NCBI RefSeq assembly: GCF_000143415.4
Contig: NW_003314324.1
Location: 472,011-536,010 of the forward strand
Reading direction: 5' to 3'
Origin: Selaginella moellendorffii
Lineage: Eukaryota; Plantae; Lycopodiophyta
DNA: 64,000 bases
How positions within the stretch are numbered: position 1 is the stretch's first letter; every line of letters starts with the position of its first letter. Positions 36,467 to 49,740 of this stretch are shown piece after piece. A program made the translations under genes and the position numbers. The notes under the pieces were generated by a model. It did no database searches, was not told where the DNA came from, and saw only the letters and a list, made by a program, of their open reading frames with translations.

Positions 36467-39400
36467 CTTAAGATATATGATTTCGATGTTAATTTCCTGA
36501 GGAGTTTTATAGCTAATACTAATGCCCTTTTCTCGAGTTCCTTTTCCTTCTTTGCTCTCTTATCATGTTTCTAATAAATCTATTATTCTAGTATTTATGG
36601 ATTTTTTAGATGAGGATTCTATGCTGTCAATAGTTGCTATACTTGATGTTTAGTGTCCTTAAGGTGTGGAGCAAGATTTACCTTCTTTCAATGAGGTTTG
36701 TGAAACTCAATATGTTGAGCCATGGATTTAAATGTTTCGCAATAGGTTTGAGAATGTTGTATCACTTGCTAATAACTTGCCATTTTGGCATTTACATTTT
36801 CAATATTGTTTTAAGGATGACCTTCTTTATTTTGTAGAGATAAATCCTAATGATCATTTATAGCTGATGGTGCTTTCGATTTTTATTCCATATTTTCTCC
36901 TTACCTACCATAATTCTCCTATTCTATGGGAGTATATGGGACATTGTCATGTGACTGGGAAGCTAAACAGGTACTTTTATTGGCCGGAGATGCAATATAA
37001 TATTATTTAGTATGTGAATTGCATTTAGTGCCAAGCTCATAATACTCCCTCTCGTGCTATGAAAGGATGGTTGGAGTCAATTTTAAATTCCTATCCATTT
37101 GACTTAGTGGCGTTTGATATAATAGGGCCTTTTCCATAGTCAACTACTAGCAATGAGTATATTATTATTGCTTTTGATTACTTGATTTGTTAGGTGGAAG
37201 TTAGAGCTCTTGCTAATGCATCTGCAACTGCTGTTAGATACTTTCTCTTCAATTGAGTAGTGTTCTAATATTCCTATCCAAAATGAATTCTTTTGGATAA
37301 TGGTCCTATATTTATGCCTAAGGCATTTCACGTCTTAATATCTTAGTTTGGGATATGCCATACCTTCACAAGTGCTATATCATCCATAGTCAAATGGTTT
37401 GGTAGAACAATTTATTTGGACATTCAAAGGGGTGATTGCGAAGTACGTGAACTTTTAGCATTTAAATTAAAATGGTTATTTGCCATCTTTTCGGTATATG
37501 TATGTCATATGGGTGTAGAGTTATATTGATGTTTCACCATATAAATGTCTATATGGTCATAATCTGATATTACCAATAGAATTAAGTTTGCATTCGCAAT
37601 TACCACAAGTTGTTGATGTTAAGTTTTGGGATTAGTATTTGACAAGCATTCTTCCACTAGTCTGAGTAGAGTTTGTTGAACACTTGGGCCATATACAAGT
37701 GGGACAACAACAATGTTATAATTTCCACCATTATCTATATATAGAGTACAAAGTGGATGACTTAGTGTTAGTCCATTTTCCCAATCTTACAAAATATGGT
37801 TTGTTTAAAGGCCTTCTTGTTTAGTGAAAAGGATTATATTAAGTGTTGTAGCAAGTTGAATTGCAAGTTTATGAGGTTCAATAAATAGGTCGATCCTTTA
37901 GAAATTGTATATGTGCAATAGTTAAAACACTTCGTACAAAGGGATCAAGAATAATTGGCACCACTTATAGATCCACTGATGCCTCCTCTTAATGTTCTTC
38001 CAAATCACAACTCGTCCATTAGAGAACCTTGACTGTCTTCTATTATTCTAAGAGGGGATGATGTGAGGTTCAAGTGTACGGTTACAATGTCATATACTAA
38101 TATTAATATAGTGGGATTTTGATAGCTGTCAAATTAATTTCAATCCAAACCACTCGCTTCTATATATAAATTAGGGTTTTTGGGCTAATTAATATGCACA
38201 TTTCTGTATTCCATTTCCATATTCTATGTACTCACAACTTAATAAAAAATGAAAAAAAGGAAATGTGTGTATGTAATACAAGACTCCTTCCAACATTTGC
38301 ATCTCCTCTTTTCTTTTTGGATTTTAAAATATTAGAGACATGGCGTAATTATATTTGCTTGAGCTACCACTAATTTAGTGTCACTTAGATGTTTGATATG
38401 GCTGCAGAAATAAGATTATCATGATGTTCTAGCCTACCATCACTTAAAGAAATTAAACTTTTGCGTTCCTTTGATTTTTGGACTACAAAGCTTTGGATTT
38501 TTGCTTTATTCCCACCAAGCTACTAAAACATTATATTAGATAGGGCTAGAGTTCCAACTTTTAACTTATTTGTAGATTTATTAATTAATCTAACCAATGG
38601 GGACTACCATGCCACTAATACAGCCCAGATCATGAGGATGTATTTAATTTTTGAAAGAATTAATCACCAAGATCTCCAAGAATGAGGGAAAGAAGCCAAT
38701 TAGAGTAAAAAAAAAGTGTTACACCAATTTCAACAAATCCCATGACTTAGTCATGTTAATGGCTATATCTCATGAGGAATTTAGAGCTAGAAGACTAAGT
38801 AAGTAAAGTGTAAGATAGATTATAATCAAAATTTGTGGCAATAACTTTTAGGAATAATACTTAAAATAATCTATACAAAAACTAAGAAAGAATAGAATAG
38901 ACTAGGTCATATTATGCAAATCTTGTGCTCATATTCAAGAACTACCTGAATTAGTGAAATCCTTGGATACATTTACAATCTATCCTTATAAAATATATGA
39001 GTCTACGCAACTGATTGTTAGTACAGTTTTTCATGTTTGGCATTCTTATACATATCATCAATATGATAAAGGACTACTATAACTTGGGCATCAGATGAAA
39101 GAAATATATCAAGCACAAATGAATAAAGGTCCACATGATACATAGTAGATCTTTAAAAAGCAGACATCAAAAAGGAAAAAGCTGATACGGTAGAATCTTT
39201 AACAAATAATGTAGCTTAGAGCTTCCATGCTTTGATTGGAAGAATTCATAAAAATGATTGGTTTTCCTTAAAAATAAATAGCCAACCACAGAAATGAGTG
39301 ATATATGCTTTGATATTCTAGGATATTCTATGTTATTCATTAGATTAATCTTGTATTTATAATTTATAAACTTTCTTAAAACACCTTTTAGTATAGTTTA

Positions 39401-39489
39401 ATTTATTCTATCATTTAATGGTTGATATGTGCAATAAATTGAGTTTTTAATATTATCACAATCCTCAGTTCAATGTTTTAGGTTAGACT

Positions 39490-41183
39490 ATGAACAGAAA
39501 CTCTAGCATTCATTTTATTCAATCCTGCAAAAGCCTTTATGAAGCAAGAGAGATTTACCTGAATCTTAAAAGGAATCATCCACTTGCTGACTCAGCAACA
39601 AGCTCATGGAGATGTTTGGCAAATATAGAAGCCCACAAGAGGCACGCCAAATCTTTGATACCATCAAACACAAAGACTCCTTTTCACGGGCTTTCACATT
39701 ACGAGCTTATGCCCAAAACTCCCATCTTAAACATGCAAAAGAGATCTTTGACAAAATGCCGCAAAAGGATGTCCTTGCATGGACATCCATGCTCTTGGCA
39801 TATGCCCGGAGTGGGCATGTTCTCAATGCCCAAAAAACATTTGATGAGATGCCGCAACACAGCCTTGGAATTCTCATGGAATGCCATCCTGTCAGTCCAC
39901 GCACACAGCTGGGATCTAAAATATGCTGAAAGGATTATCTTCGGGATGCCCGAGTGTGATCTCGTGTCTTGGAATTCCATTCTTGCGGCATACGCCCAGA
40001 ACGGGCATGTAGAGGGAGCGAAACGTGTTTTCGATTCTATGGAGGCTCGTGACCTTGTGTCATGGACGACAATCTTGGTTGCCTTGTCGCAGGGCGGAGA
40101 TTTGCACGGAGCAAAACTTTTGTTTGATGCAATGCCGCAGCACGACCTCGTCGCCTGGACCGCGGTTCTTGGCGTGTACGCACTGAACGAGGATGTCGAT
40201 TCGGCACAGAGGATTTTCCGCGAGATGCCTGAGATAGATCTCGTTTCGTGCAACACCGTGATGCGATGCTGCCGTGATGCTAGACCATCAAAGCTTATAT
40301 TTGACTCCATGCCACAGAGAGCTCTCTCGTCGTGGACAACAATGCTCGCTGTTCTTGCCAAGAACAGCCCCGGGGAGGAAACCAAGAGCTTTTTCTATCA
40401 AATGCCGGAGCTTGATCTTACTTCCTGTACGATAATGTTGCTCTCACAACCCTCAGACTTGGAGCTTGTGAAGGCCACCTTTGATCAAATGCCGCAGCGA
40501 GACCTGTGCTCTTGGAACTCTGTTCTTTCGGCGTATGCCCAATCAGGGCATTGTGACTTTGCTTTAAGACTCTTTAACGAGATGCCCGAAATGGATATGG
40601 TTTCGTGGAACACAATGTTAAATGCGTTTTTTCTGCATTTTCCCGAGAAGGCCATATTGTATACGCAAGGAAACTTTTTGATTCAGCCCCTGACAGAGAC
40701 CAAATCTTGTGGAGCTCCATGATAGCTTCATATGCACAAGTAAGCACCACTGCCAGCAAGGCCTTTCATCTCTTCAACGAAATGCAGGCCGTCGATTCCC
40801 CAAACACATCGTGCTTCGCATCCATCCTGGCCGCAAACAGCCACAAAGGCAGCTTTCAAGCGGGAAAGAGCTTCTTCGCTTCCATGGTTGTGGATCACGC
40901 CATTGAGCCCACAAGGCAGCACTCCAGTTGCATGGTAGATCTCTTGAGCCGAGCCGGCCACCTTCACGACGCCAAAGATCTAATCTTAAGCATGCCGTTC
41001 GTTCCCAGTGCTCTCGAGTGGACGTGCCTTCGCGGAGCATGCAAGAGCCACGAGGATTATAACAATCTTAGACTGGGAGACGATGTAGTGAGGTCTGTAA
41101 TGGACGTAACCGACGCAACCCCCACTGCTTTACTAGCAAACGTCTACACAAGCTCCCAAACAAAAAATCCACACTATATGTGA
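39490..41183 (+). pseudogene. PLS-class PPR (E-type) with two frameshifts
   Basis: PPR motifs are distributed over ORFs 39606-39929, 39490-40722 and 40605-41183 (HSSCMVDLLSRAG..MPFVP). Confidence 0.8.
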
Positions 41184-41203
41184 AATCTAAGGACTTAGTC
41201 ATT

Positions 41204-41392
41204 TTAATCACCTCCGCCACCGCCACCTCCTCCGCCACAGCCCCCACCGCCACAGCCTCCTCCACCATGACCACCACCAGAGCCTCCACTGTGGCCTCCA
41301 CCATGGTGGCCACCGCTAAACATTGCTCCCACGAAATTGGAGCGCCTTCTTGGCTTTCGCCTTTTTGGAGATGCAAAGAAACTGAAACACAT
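41204..41392 (-). CDS. 62-aa Met-Cys-initiated, basic/Gly-rich small protein
   Basis: MCFSFFASPKRRKPRRRS..GGGGCGGGGCGGGG; paralogous to the divergent neighbour. Confidence 0.65.
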   Translation of the reverse strand: MCFSFFASPKRRKPRRRSNFVGAMFSGGHHGGGHSGGSGGGHGGGGCGGGGCGGGGGGGGGD

Positions 41393-41761
41393 TTTGGATT
41401 GATTGCTTGCAAGGGGGCATATTGTATACAAGGCTAGAAAGCAATTTGAGACTTTGACTCAGAGGAAGCCACGAAGGAAGCAATGATAGCACGTGGACCT
41501 GGAGAAGTTTATGCAATCAGTGCCACGTCGTGACACTTCATCAGAGTGTTCAAGAAACGCAAGACGTAACACTACAAACGTGCATTTGTCTATCCAATCT
41601 TTGAGGAATACGTGCATAAAATCTCGTCAAATTGCGCGTGAAGGAAGTTGCTTTGCTTGCTCCATATGGTCAGGCCTTGTGGCCAATTAGATGTTCTCCT
41701 GCCTAGTATATAAGCGCAAGCCTCCTCACATCGATCATACCTTTATCTTGCGCAATCCAAG

Positions 41762-41965
41762 ATGTGTTTCGGTTTCTCTCAATCCTCTAACAGGCGAAAG
41801 CAGAGGCGAAGGCGCCCGTATGCAGCAACGGGCGCCTTCATTGGGGATGCCGGCAGTGGTGGCGGAGCTTGTGCTGGCACTGGTGGCGGCGGAGGCTGTG
41901 GTGGCGGTGGCGGCGGTGGTGGTGGTGGTGGCTGCGGAGGAGGCGGCGGCGGTGGAGGCTGCTAA
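41762..41965 (+). CDS. 67-aa Met-Cys-initiated, basic/Gly-rich small protein
   Basis: MCFGFSQSSNRRKQRRRR..GGCGGGG..GC; TATATAA box at ~41707. Confidence 0.68.
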   Translation: MCFGFSQSSNRRKQRRRRPYAATGAFIGDAGSGGGACAGTGGGGGCGGGGGGGGGGGCGGGGGGGGC

Positions 41966-42303
41966 ATACTCTGTATGAGAAATAGCCATGCATATGAATG
42001 TTTGTAAATATGCATATTCCAAAACTTCCTCAAATAATACGTACAGTTTGTTTGTATTGAACTTTGTTTTTTTCCAGCCAAGGATTGACCTGGGCACGAT
42101 CTTAGCACTGTTTTGGAACTAGTAAGTAGAATCTCGTAGAATCTATTCAGCAATTCTATGTACTTCAGGTACTATAGTGATTCAAGTAAAATCCAAAAAA
42201 AAGGGAAACATCCACTTACAATACAACGTTTTGAGCGCTCTTCTCTTGTCTTCTCTCGAGTAAAAGCTTTGATTCTTCTAGCTCTCTCTCGCCTCCTGTT
42301 TTC

Positions 42304-44217
42304 TTACGATTCGCGTCGGGTTCTCCTTTGGCGGGCGCCCTCGCCTTCCTTCTCAATCTCGTTGCCTGTCGCGTCGTCCTCCGCCTTGTCCTTGGAATCG
42401 TCCGGGCTGGAGATGTCTTCCTTCTTGGACTTCTCTACGGTCACCTGCGCAAGACAAACAACCGTGACAATCCAAAACTCGCGCAACGCTATTGATAATT
42501 GTACCTTCGTCTTCTTTGGGGGCGATTTCTTGCCACCAAATAGAATCTTAAACAGCGTGACCACCACGACGAGCGGGATCAAAGCTATGGCGCTCAAAGA
42601 AATGGTTGGGAACTTCTCGGCCTTCTCCAGAAGATCCTGTGTGTCACAAACGAAAAGAAAGTTAGAACACGAGACAAAGCCCATGCTCGCGTGTTTTACT
42701 TACAAGAATCTTTTCCTTCTGTGACGCCAAAGCCGGGATGTCGGCAACCTTGCGCAGGTACTCAAACATCTTTGCCTGAAAAGATTCAAGGTCGTCACAC
42801 ACAAAGAAAAAAAAACGACAAAAGACAGACAAAGGAAAAGTACCTGGATGCCGTCAGGACTCGGAGTCGCTTCTTCAATCTTTTGCTTCTCCTTCTCAGC
42901 CTCGTACTTGGGCTTCCATTTCGTCTCCCTGTACTCTGCTGCCACAGCCTCGTCGGTCGCCACCAGGATGTTGTCAAAAAGAATGCCGTCCTGCATCGTC
43001 CAGATCTCGATCCCTATCGCCGAGATCGGCTCTAGATCCGGCCTGTCCAACTCGAAGTACTCCGGGTTCGGTATTTGCTTCGGAGCCCAGATCCCCTTGT
43101 AAGCCGGGTTGTCGATCATCGGAGGATACCACTTCCCCTTGTAGTCCGGGTTCCTCTTCATGGGCCTCTTCCATTCTCCACACCCAGACGCTTCCTCACA
43201 CTTTGGGTTGCTGATCTTCGGGGGCTCCCACTCGCCATCCTCCTCGTCGTCCCAGTCCGCGGGCTTGCTAGCTTCCGGATCGTCAACCTCGTCCGGCTCG
43301 TTGTCCAGCCAGTCATCGGGCTTGACCGCCTCCACGTCCTCGATCTCCAGTGGAGCGTCCTCGTCCCAATCCTCGGGCTTGGTCGCTTCCGGATCGGGGA
43401 TCTTCGCCCGCTCGTCCCAGTCCTCGGGCTTCTTGTCGTCGGGATCGGGGATGGTCTTGGGCGGGATCACGGCCGGCTCGAAGTCGCTCGAGAGGAGGTC
43501 GACGCTCTTCTCCTCCTTGCCGTCGACGAGGATCTTGAGCGTGTTGTTCGGGTAGATCACTGCCGTGTAGACGTGAGAGAGCTTGTCAGCCACTGGCGAT
43601 GGCGGGTACTTGAGGTGATGCTCGATGTGCTTGTCGGATTTGGGGCCCTTGTGCTTGTAGATGAAGTGGACCTTGTTGGTGGCGCCGCATTTGTCCGGCC
43701 CAAACATGATCGAGTAGGGCGACTCGTTGCTGAAATCGCCGGGCGTCCATCCAGCCTCTTGCGGGAGGAGGAACTTGAGATAGGCGCCGCCACACTCCAA
43801 CCCCTTCTGGAGCCGGACATCGTACTGGAGAACCACGACGTCGTCCTTGAGATCTACCGATTTGGGCAGAGTAGCCGCGATTCCGTGCTTCTTGGCCGGC
43901 TCGCTCACAAGAAGGCCGTAATCCTCGTGACCCTCGCTCTTCTCGTGCTTCCAGTGGCCTGCCAAGAAAATCGGCGCCGATGAGAATTTCTAGCCACGGA
44001 ATTTCGCGATCAAGAACAGACCTTGATAATCGCTGTGGCCAGAAACGGTCCATCGACTCTCCCAAGAACCATCGAAAGGCTCGTAGAACACCTACATTCG
44101 ATCGATCGATCCAATCCAGACCTAGAAAGAAAAAGAATCAAGCGCGCTTACCACATCGGCAGCTACCGCGGCGGCCCCAATCGCCAGCAATCCGAGGAAC
44201 AGCAGCGCCTTGGCCAT
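42304..44217 (-). CDS. CNX1: Calnexin (multi-exon)
   Basis: Signal peptide MAKALLFLGLL, ECGGAYLK, IMFGPDKCG, P-domain KPEDWD repeats, TM helix, C-terminal RRRTRRES. Confidence 0.97.
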
Positions 44218-44349
44218 GACCGCGCCGGGACTAGAAACCCTAAACACTCCTCCAAAGAATGCGCTATAAAGAGTGACTGGGTTTTAGTTTAGGCAGCCAA
44301 TGGGAGCGCTCCGATTTCCTTTGGCGCGTGTAGCAGCGAATGGCACGGC

Positions 44350-44374
44350 GCCACGTCGGACGCCTTGACGTGGC
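44350..44374. promoter_or_regulatory. Inverted pair of ACGT boxes including UPRE-like TGACGTGG upstream of calnexin
   Basis: gccacgtc..ttgacgtggc about 140 bp upstream of the ATG. Confidence 0.5.
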
Positions 44375-44525
44375 TTTCTCCGGGAGGAAGGCATATTCGC
44401 GGAACAACTCCAAAATGCGATGAAAATATATTTGTGAGTTGGCAGGACGTTCTAGAATTGATGTTTGTGGACCAATTACAAATACAAGCTTTAGAAATAC
44501 AGACTATGATCTCTCCAGATAGAAA

Positions 44526-47294
44526 CTATAGGGACATGATCTCCAGAGCGTCCCTTGTTCTTCCCATAATGTCTAGAGCGGTCGCAGCAATGTGAGCTGC
44601 TGTTAATCCAGCCTCGGTCATTTGATCGTTTGGAGAACCATGGTCGATGTATCGATCGGGAAGAACCAATGGTCGCCACTGCAATCGATCGAAAGAGAGA
44701 GTGATATGAGCACAAACTTTACGTCCAAAAGAAAGAACTTGAAAAATTTGCCTTCAAAGTTCCGTCGAGAAGTCCATCCAGAGCCATGAACTGTGCTACG
44801 TGAGAGCCAAATCCTCCGATTGATCCTTCCTCCACCGTGATAAGTACCTCGTGTTCTCTCGCAAGCTGCCGGATCAAGTCGCGGTCCAGTGGCTTGCAAA
44901 ACCTCGCGTCTGCGACCGTGGCCGGGAGTCCACAGCTCGCTAGAAGAGCTTGAGCGGCGAGACACGACTGTACCATCGTTCCATAGCCCAGCAGCGCGAC
45001 TTTAGATCCTTCGACTAGAATCCTCCCCTTGCCAACCTGTGTGAGGAGTATAGCTTTGAAAATGGAAAACAAAAAACTCGACAGGTTTCTTACCTCGAGA
45101 GGTATGCCTTTGTTTCCTGGTGGAAGCACCACCCCGATACCATTTCCTCTGGGATAACGAAAGCAGCTTGGACGATCATCAATAGCAGCGGCGGTGGCGA
45201 CCATATGGAAAAGTTCGGCTTCGTCCGACGGCGCCATGACCACCATGTTTGGCAGGCAAGCCATGTAAGTTACGTCAAATGCTCCACAATGTGTCGGACC
45301 GTCGGCTCCAACTAGACCCGCTCTGTCCATGGCAAATCTCACGGGTAGCTTTTGGAGATCAACGTCGTGAACAACCTGAGACAAAGCCGCATCATAAACA
45401 AGAAAACATCTGTGGCAAGAAAGAGCTCCTACCTGGTCGTAAGCTCGCTGGAGAAAGGATGAATAGATAGCACAGAATGGCTTTAGGCCTTCGCAGGCAA
45501 GCCCCGCAGCGAAAGTCACGGCATGCTGCTCGGCAATACCGACGTCGAAACATCTATCTGGGAAACGTTTCTGGAACATATTGAGGCCCGTTCCTCCACC
45601 CATAGCCGCGTGTATGGCAATGATCCCATTGTCGACTTCAGCTTCGGCAATCAGGGCCTCTGCAAAGTACGTGGTATAAGCTTGCGTTGCAGTCTTTCCT
45701 TTGAATTGCTTCCCAGTTGCCGGATCGAATTTAACAACACCTGATCAGAAACAAGGAGAGTGTCAAACTCAAGTATTTTGGAGGAGATTCACTTTCCATG
45801 GTACTTGTCTGATGCACGCTCGGCATATGGATAGCCACGACCCTTCTCCGTGACAATGTGAATCAATACCGGACCCGTCGTTCGCGTGTTTTTCACCTCC
45901 TTGAGAATTGTAACAAGGTCTTCGATGCTGTGGCCATCTACAGGTCCAATGTAGTAAAGTCCCAGCTCCTCGAAAAGAGTAGACCCCGATCCACTTATCA
46001 TTCCACGCGCATACTCGTCGACCTTTGCTGCGAGTTCATGCATTGGTCCTCCAAGTTGTTTAGTCACTCCCTGTAATATATATACGAACGTTACTTGTGT
46101 ATGCATTACTAGACGTTAGTACCTTAGCAACTTCACGAAGTTCACGAAGAGGTCTGCTTGACTGTAATTTGCTGAGAGCGCTGCTCAAAGCTCCCACCGG
46201 TGGGGCTGGACCGTCCAAAGTCGCCGTTGGCAGAGAAACTTGCTTGTTATCATTTAGAATAACGATCATATTCGAGTCCAAGTAACCAGCGTTGTTCATG
46301 GCCTCGTAAGCTTGACCCGCCGTCATTGCCCCGTCACCGATCACGGATATCACATGATTCTTGTTTCCCATCAAATCTCGGGCCACAGCCATGCCTGTGA
46401 CATCAAAGTTTTGTCAATCGATCAATATCGAACTACGTGATTGAAGAGAGGTTGCCTACCTAAGCCAGCGGATATACTGGTGGAGCTGTGCCCGGCACCA
46501 AAGGAGTCATACTCGCTCTCTGATCGTTTTGTAAATCCAGAAAGTCCATTAGTCTGCCGCAGGGTGTGCATTCTCGATCTTCTTCCTGTAAGAATTTTGT
46601 GAGGATAGGCCTACGACCAACACAGGATTAGCGTGACTTTTTTTTCACAGTGAAGCTTGCGGGAGTCGAACTACCTGATGGCCGACGTCCCAAAGAATCT
46701 TATCTTCTGGCATGTTGAAAACATGGTGAAGAGCAACAGTGAGCTCAATCACTCCAAGACTCGCTCCAAGATGCCCGCCGGTCTTCGAAACAGTGAAGAT
46801 GATGTCCGATCGAAGCTCATCTGCCAATTGTCGCAAATCCTGCAAACAAGAGGAATATTGTTTTGTAGTTTTCTAGCATTTGTCATCTCCATACCTTGGT
46901 GCTAAGATTTTTCATATGCAAAGGGTAGTTGACAGTGTCGAGCAAAGGCGTGGGAGGCTTCTCCGCGAAATACTCTCCTCCGGGCCCCGTCGACGCTGCT
47001 GCTGATGCTGCCACAGCCAAAAACCTCCGAGCCTACACATCCATCACAAGTAAGAGTTGACCTTGGAGCCGGCCAGAATTTGGCCTGCATTGCTCGCGGC
47101 GAGGAGATCCTGTCGAAATTTCGATCACGTACCTTGACAGAAGCGGGCTTGACGCCCCTGCGCTGGAGATTTGTGTGAGCTTGAGGCAGTAGGTATCCGG
47201 ATTCCGTCGGCCGGGCCACAAGGCGGCTGCTGTTGGCGCTGCTCGTGCTACATTCCGCTCCTCCTAGCGCCATAGCTGCTGCTGAGGGTGCCAT
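44526..47294 (-). CDS. DXS: 1-deoxy-D-xylulose-5-phosphate synthase (multi-exon, plastid transit peptide)
   Basis: [19 protein letters not shown] motif [48 protein letters not shown]. Confidence 0.98.
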
Positions 47295-47519
47295 AGCCGC
47301 GCGCGCGATGCGCCAAAACCCTCGCCTTCACGGATGCGCCAAAACCCTAGTTGGATTGCATGGAGATCCCGGAAAGAGTCAGTGGAACACCATGCTCTCA
47401 GCCACTCACTTTTAAGCACATTCTTATTTGCCAATTGAAAAGACAAAGATATGGTTGGACACTTGGCAAATTCTGAAGAATCCTATGTATTCATTGTATA
47501 TATCAAAGATTTTAACAAT

Positions 47520-47593
47520 GCTGGAGTAGCTCAGTTGGTCAGAGCGTGTGGCTGTTAACCACAAGGTCGGAGGTTCGAGCCCTCCTTCTAGCG
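47520..47593 (+). tRNA. trnN-GUU: tRNA-Asn(GTT)
   Basis: GCTGGAG..TTCTAGC acceptor stem, anticodon arm TGTGG CTGTTAA CCACA, GGTTCGAGCC, upstream CAA, downstream TTTT. Confidence 0.97.
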
Positions 47594-47679
47594 AGAATAT
47601 ACATTTTGGTATTTGAATTTTTTATTTTCTTTTTGCGCGCCAATGATTTAAATGTTTGAATTCAAACCGATAAACCCTA

Positions 47680-49740
47680 ATGCTTTGCAATGCTCGTTTC
47701 CTCGTGGTGCGCCCACCTCCGGCCTGCGGGGAGCGCCATCAGTTCCAGGAGTGGGACGATGAGCTCGATCCATCGGTCTACGCACAGCTCGTCAAAGCTT
47801 GCGGCAATGCCAGGGATCTCCAAGGCGGAAGGCGCATTCACGAAGAGATTCTCCACAATGGCCGCTGCTCCACCGATCGCTACCTCGCCAATCTGCTCGT
47901 GGAGATGTATGGAAAGTGTGGCAGCGGCGAGAACGCTCGCAGGGTTTTCGAGAGCATTCGCCAGCCCAACCAGTTCTCGTGGAATCTGATAGTGGCGGCC
48001 CTGGCCAGGAGCGGGAATGTGAGAGACGCGAGGGCCATGTTTGATCGGATGCCCGTCCGCGATGCTGTTTCGTGGGGGACAATGATCACTGCCTACGCCG
48101 ACAGTGGCGACGTCTTGGAAGCTAGAAATCTCTTCGCCAAGATGCCGGATCCAAATGCCTGGGCTTGGTCCGCAATGATCTCAGCATATGCCCAAAACGG
48201 GCATCTGGTTGAAGCAAGAAAGTGTTTCGATTCTATGCCCGAGCCAGAAGCTGTATCGTGGAACACAATGATCCATGCCTACAATCAGCACGGGGAATTC
48301 AATCAGGCTAGAAAGTTGTTTGAGAGAATGGAAATCAAGAACTCGGTTTCGTGGAACACGATGATCACTGCTTACGCCCAGAATGGGTATATCTACGACG
48401 CGAGGATCTTGTTTGAGAGGATGCCTGGGAAGGAGGTCTCGTCCTGGAACGCGATGCTTGCAGCGTACGCGCAGATCTTTTACACGAACGAAGTGAAGGA
48501 TTTGTTCGATCGAATGCCGCACAGAAATTTGATCTCGTGGAACACTCTGATCGGAGCGTATGCTGATAGAGGTGACTTTGAGGCTGCAAAGGTGGTGTTT
48601 GAAAGCGCGGCTGTGAGGGACGTTGTCTCGTGGACCGCGATCCTCAAAGCTTTTGTTCACACGAGAGAGGTTGAGCAAGCAAAAGAGCTCTTTGATCGAA
48701 TGCCCGAGAAGAACCTCGTTTCCTACACGACCATGCTTGTGATCTTTGCGAAGAATAGCTGCCTGGATCGAGCAAAGGGGCTGTTTGATCGAATGCCGCA
48801 GTACGATTCTATCTCCTGGGGGGCGATGATCGAGGCGTACTCTGAGAATGGATTTGTGGCAGTCGCGAGAGAGATGCTCGATCGAATGCCTCACCAGGAC
48901 GTTCTAGCTGTCAACATCGTGATTGCGGCTTATGTGCACGCTGGGCATATGGAGGAGGCCAAGAGCTTATTCGACCTTATGAAAGAACGAGACTCTACCA
49001 CTTTAAACGCTATGGTTTATGGATATGCCCAGCTCGGGCATATAGATCTTTCACGGCATCTTTTTGATTCTCACCCGGACAAAGACACCACCTCCTGGAA
49101 CACGATGCTGGCGGCTTGCTGTAGGTGCTGGCTTTTCGAGGAGATGGTGGAGACCTTCTGGAGGATTCCGGAAAGGAATGTGGTGTCGTGGACGGTGGCG
49201 ATACAGTCCCACGTCTTGAGAAACCAGCTGAGGCTTGCAAAGGCGGTTTTTGAGAGGATGCCCGAGCAGGACGTAGTGTCGTGGAATGCTTTGCTCCATG
49301 CTTTTGCTCGAGAAGAAAACGGGAACTTCTCCATGAATCTCTTTCGGGAGATGGTCGTGGAGGGATTCAAGCCGGACGAGACGACGCTGCTGGGAGTTTT
49401 GGTGTCGTGCAACCACGATGGCCTCCTCGAGAGAACCAAGTCGAGCTTCTCGAGCTTTAGATCCGACTTTGGCCTCGACTGCCCCAGGCAAGAGCTCTTC
49501 GACTGTCTGCTCGACAACTTTGGACGATCCGGACAGCTCCGAGAGGCCGAGGATCTCCTCCGGTGGATGCCGTTCTCTCCCAGCGTCGCGTCCAGCACCT
49601 CGTTCCTGCGCGCATGCAAAGTTCACGGAGATCCAGAGCGAGCAGCCAGATTCTCGCAGCACTTGAGCGACTTGAAAGGAGGACAAGCTCACGGTTCTTA
49701 CGTCCTTCTCTCGGACAGCTTGAAAACCATGACGACGTAG
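47680..49740 (+). CDS. PLS-class PPR protein (E-type, no DYW)
   Basis: Intronless 686 aa, tandem 31-aa repeats, E-like C-terminus. Confidence 0.93.
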   Translation: MLCNARFLVVRPPPACGERHQFQEWDDELDPSVYAQLVKACGNARDLQGGRRIHEEILHNGRCSTDRYLANLLVEMYGKCGSGENARRVFESIRQPNQFSWNLIVAALARSGNVRDARAMFDRMPVRDAVSWGTMITAYADSGDVLEARNLFAKMPDPNAWAWSAMISAYAQNGHLVEARKCFDSMPEPEAVSWNTMIHAYNQHGEFNQARKLFERMEIKNSVSWNTMITAYAQNGYIYDARILFERMPGKEVSSWNAMLAAYAQIFYTNEVKDLFDRMPHRNLISWNTLIGAYADRGDFEAAKVVFESAAVRDVVSWTAILKAFVHTREVEQAKELFDRMPEKNLVSYTTMLVIFAKNSCLDRAKGLFDRMPQYDSISWGAMIEAYSENGFVAVAREMLDRMPHQDVLAVNIVIAAYVHAGHMEEAKSLFDLMKERDSTTLNAMVYGYAQLGHIDLSRHLFDSHPDKDTTSWNTMLAACCRCWLFEEMVETFWRIPERNVVSWTVAIQSHVLRNQLRLAKAVFERMPEQDVVSWNALLHAFAREENGNFSMNLFREMVVEGFKPDETTLLGVLVSCNHDGLLERTKSSFSSFRSDFGLDCPRQELFDCLLDNFGRSGQLREAEDLLRWMPFSPSVASSTSFLRACKVHGDPERAARFSQHLSDLKGGQAHGSYVLLSDSLKTMTT

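Larger units (their letters stand above)
31249..38236 (+). mobile_element. Heavily decayed Ty3/gypsy with short LTRs (partial 31249-31365; 38062-38236)
   Basis: gag, protease, RT (SPWA-like, FYIDY, YPLS, SGYWQ, FINDV), RNase H (YSMTKKECL) and integrase (FDIIGPF) relics in gypsy order. PPT AAGAGGGGATGA before the 3' LTR. Confidence 0.85.
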
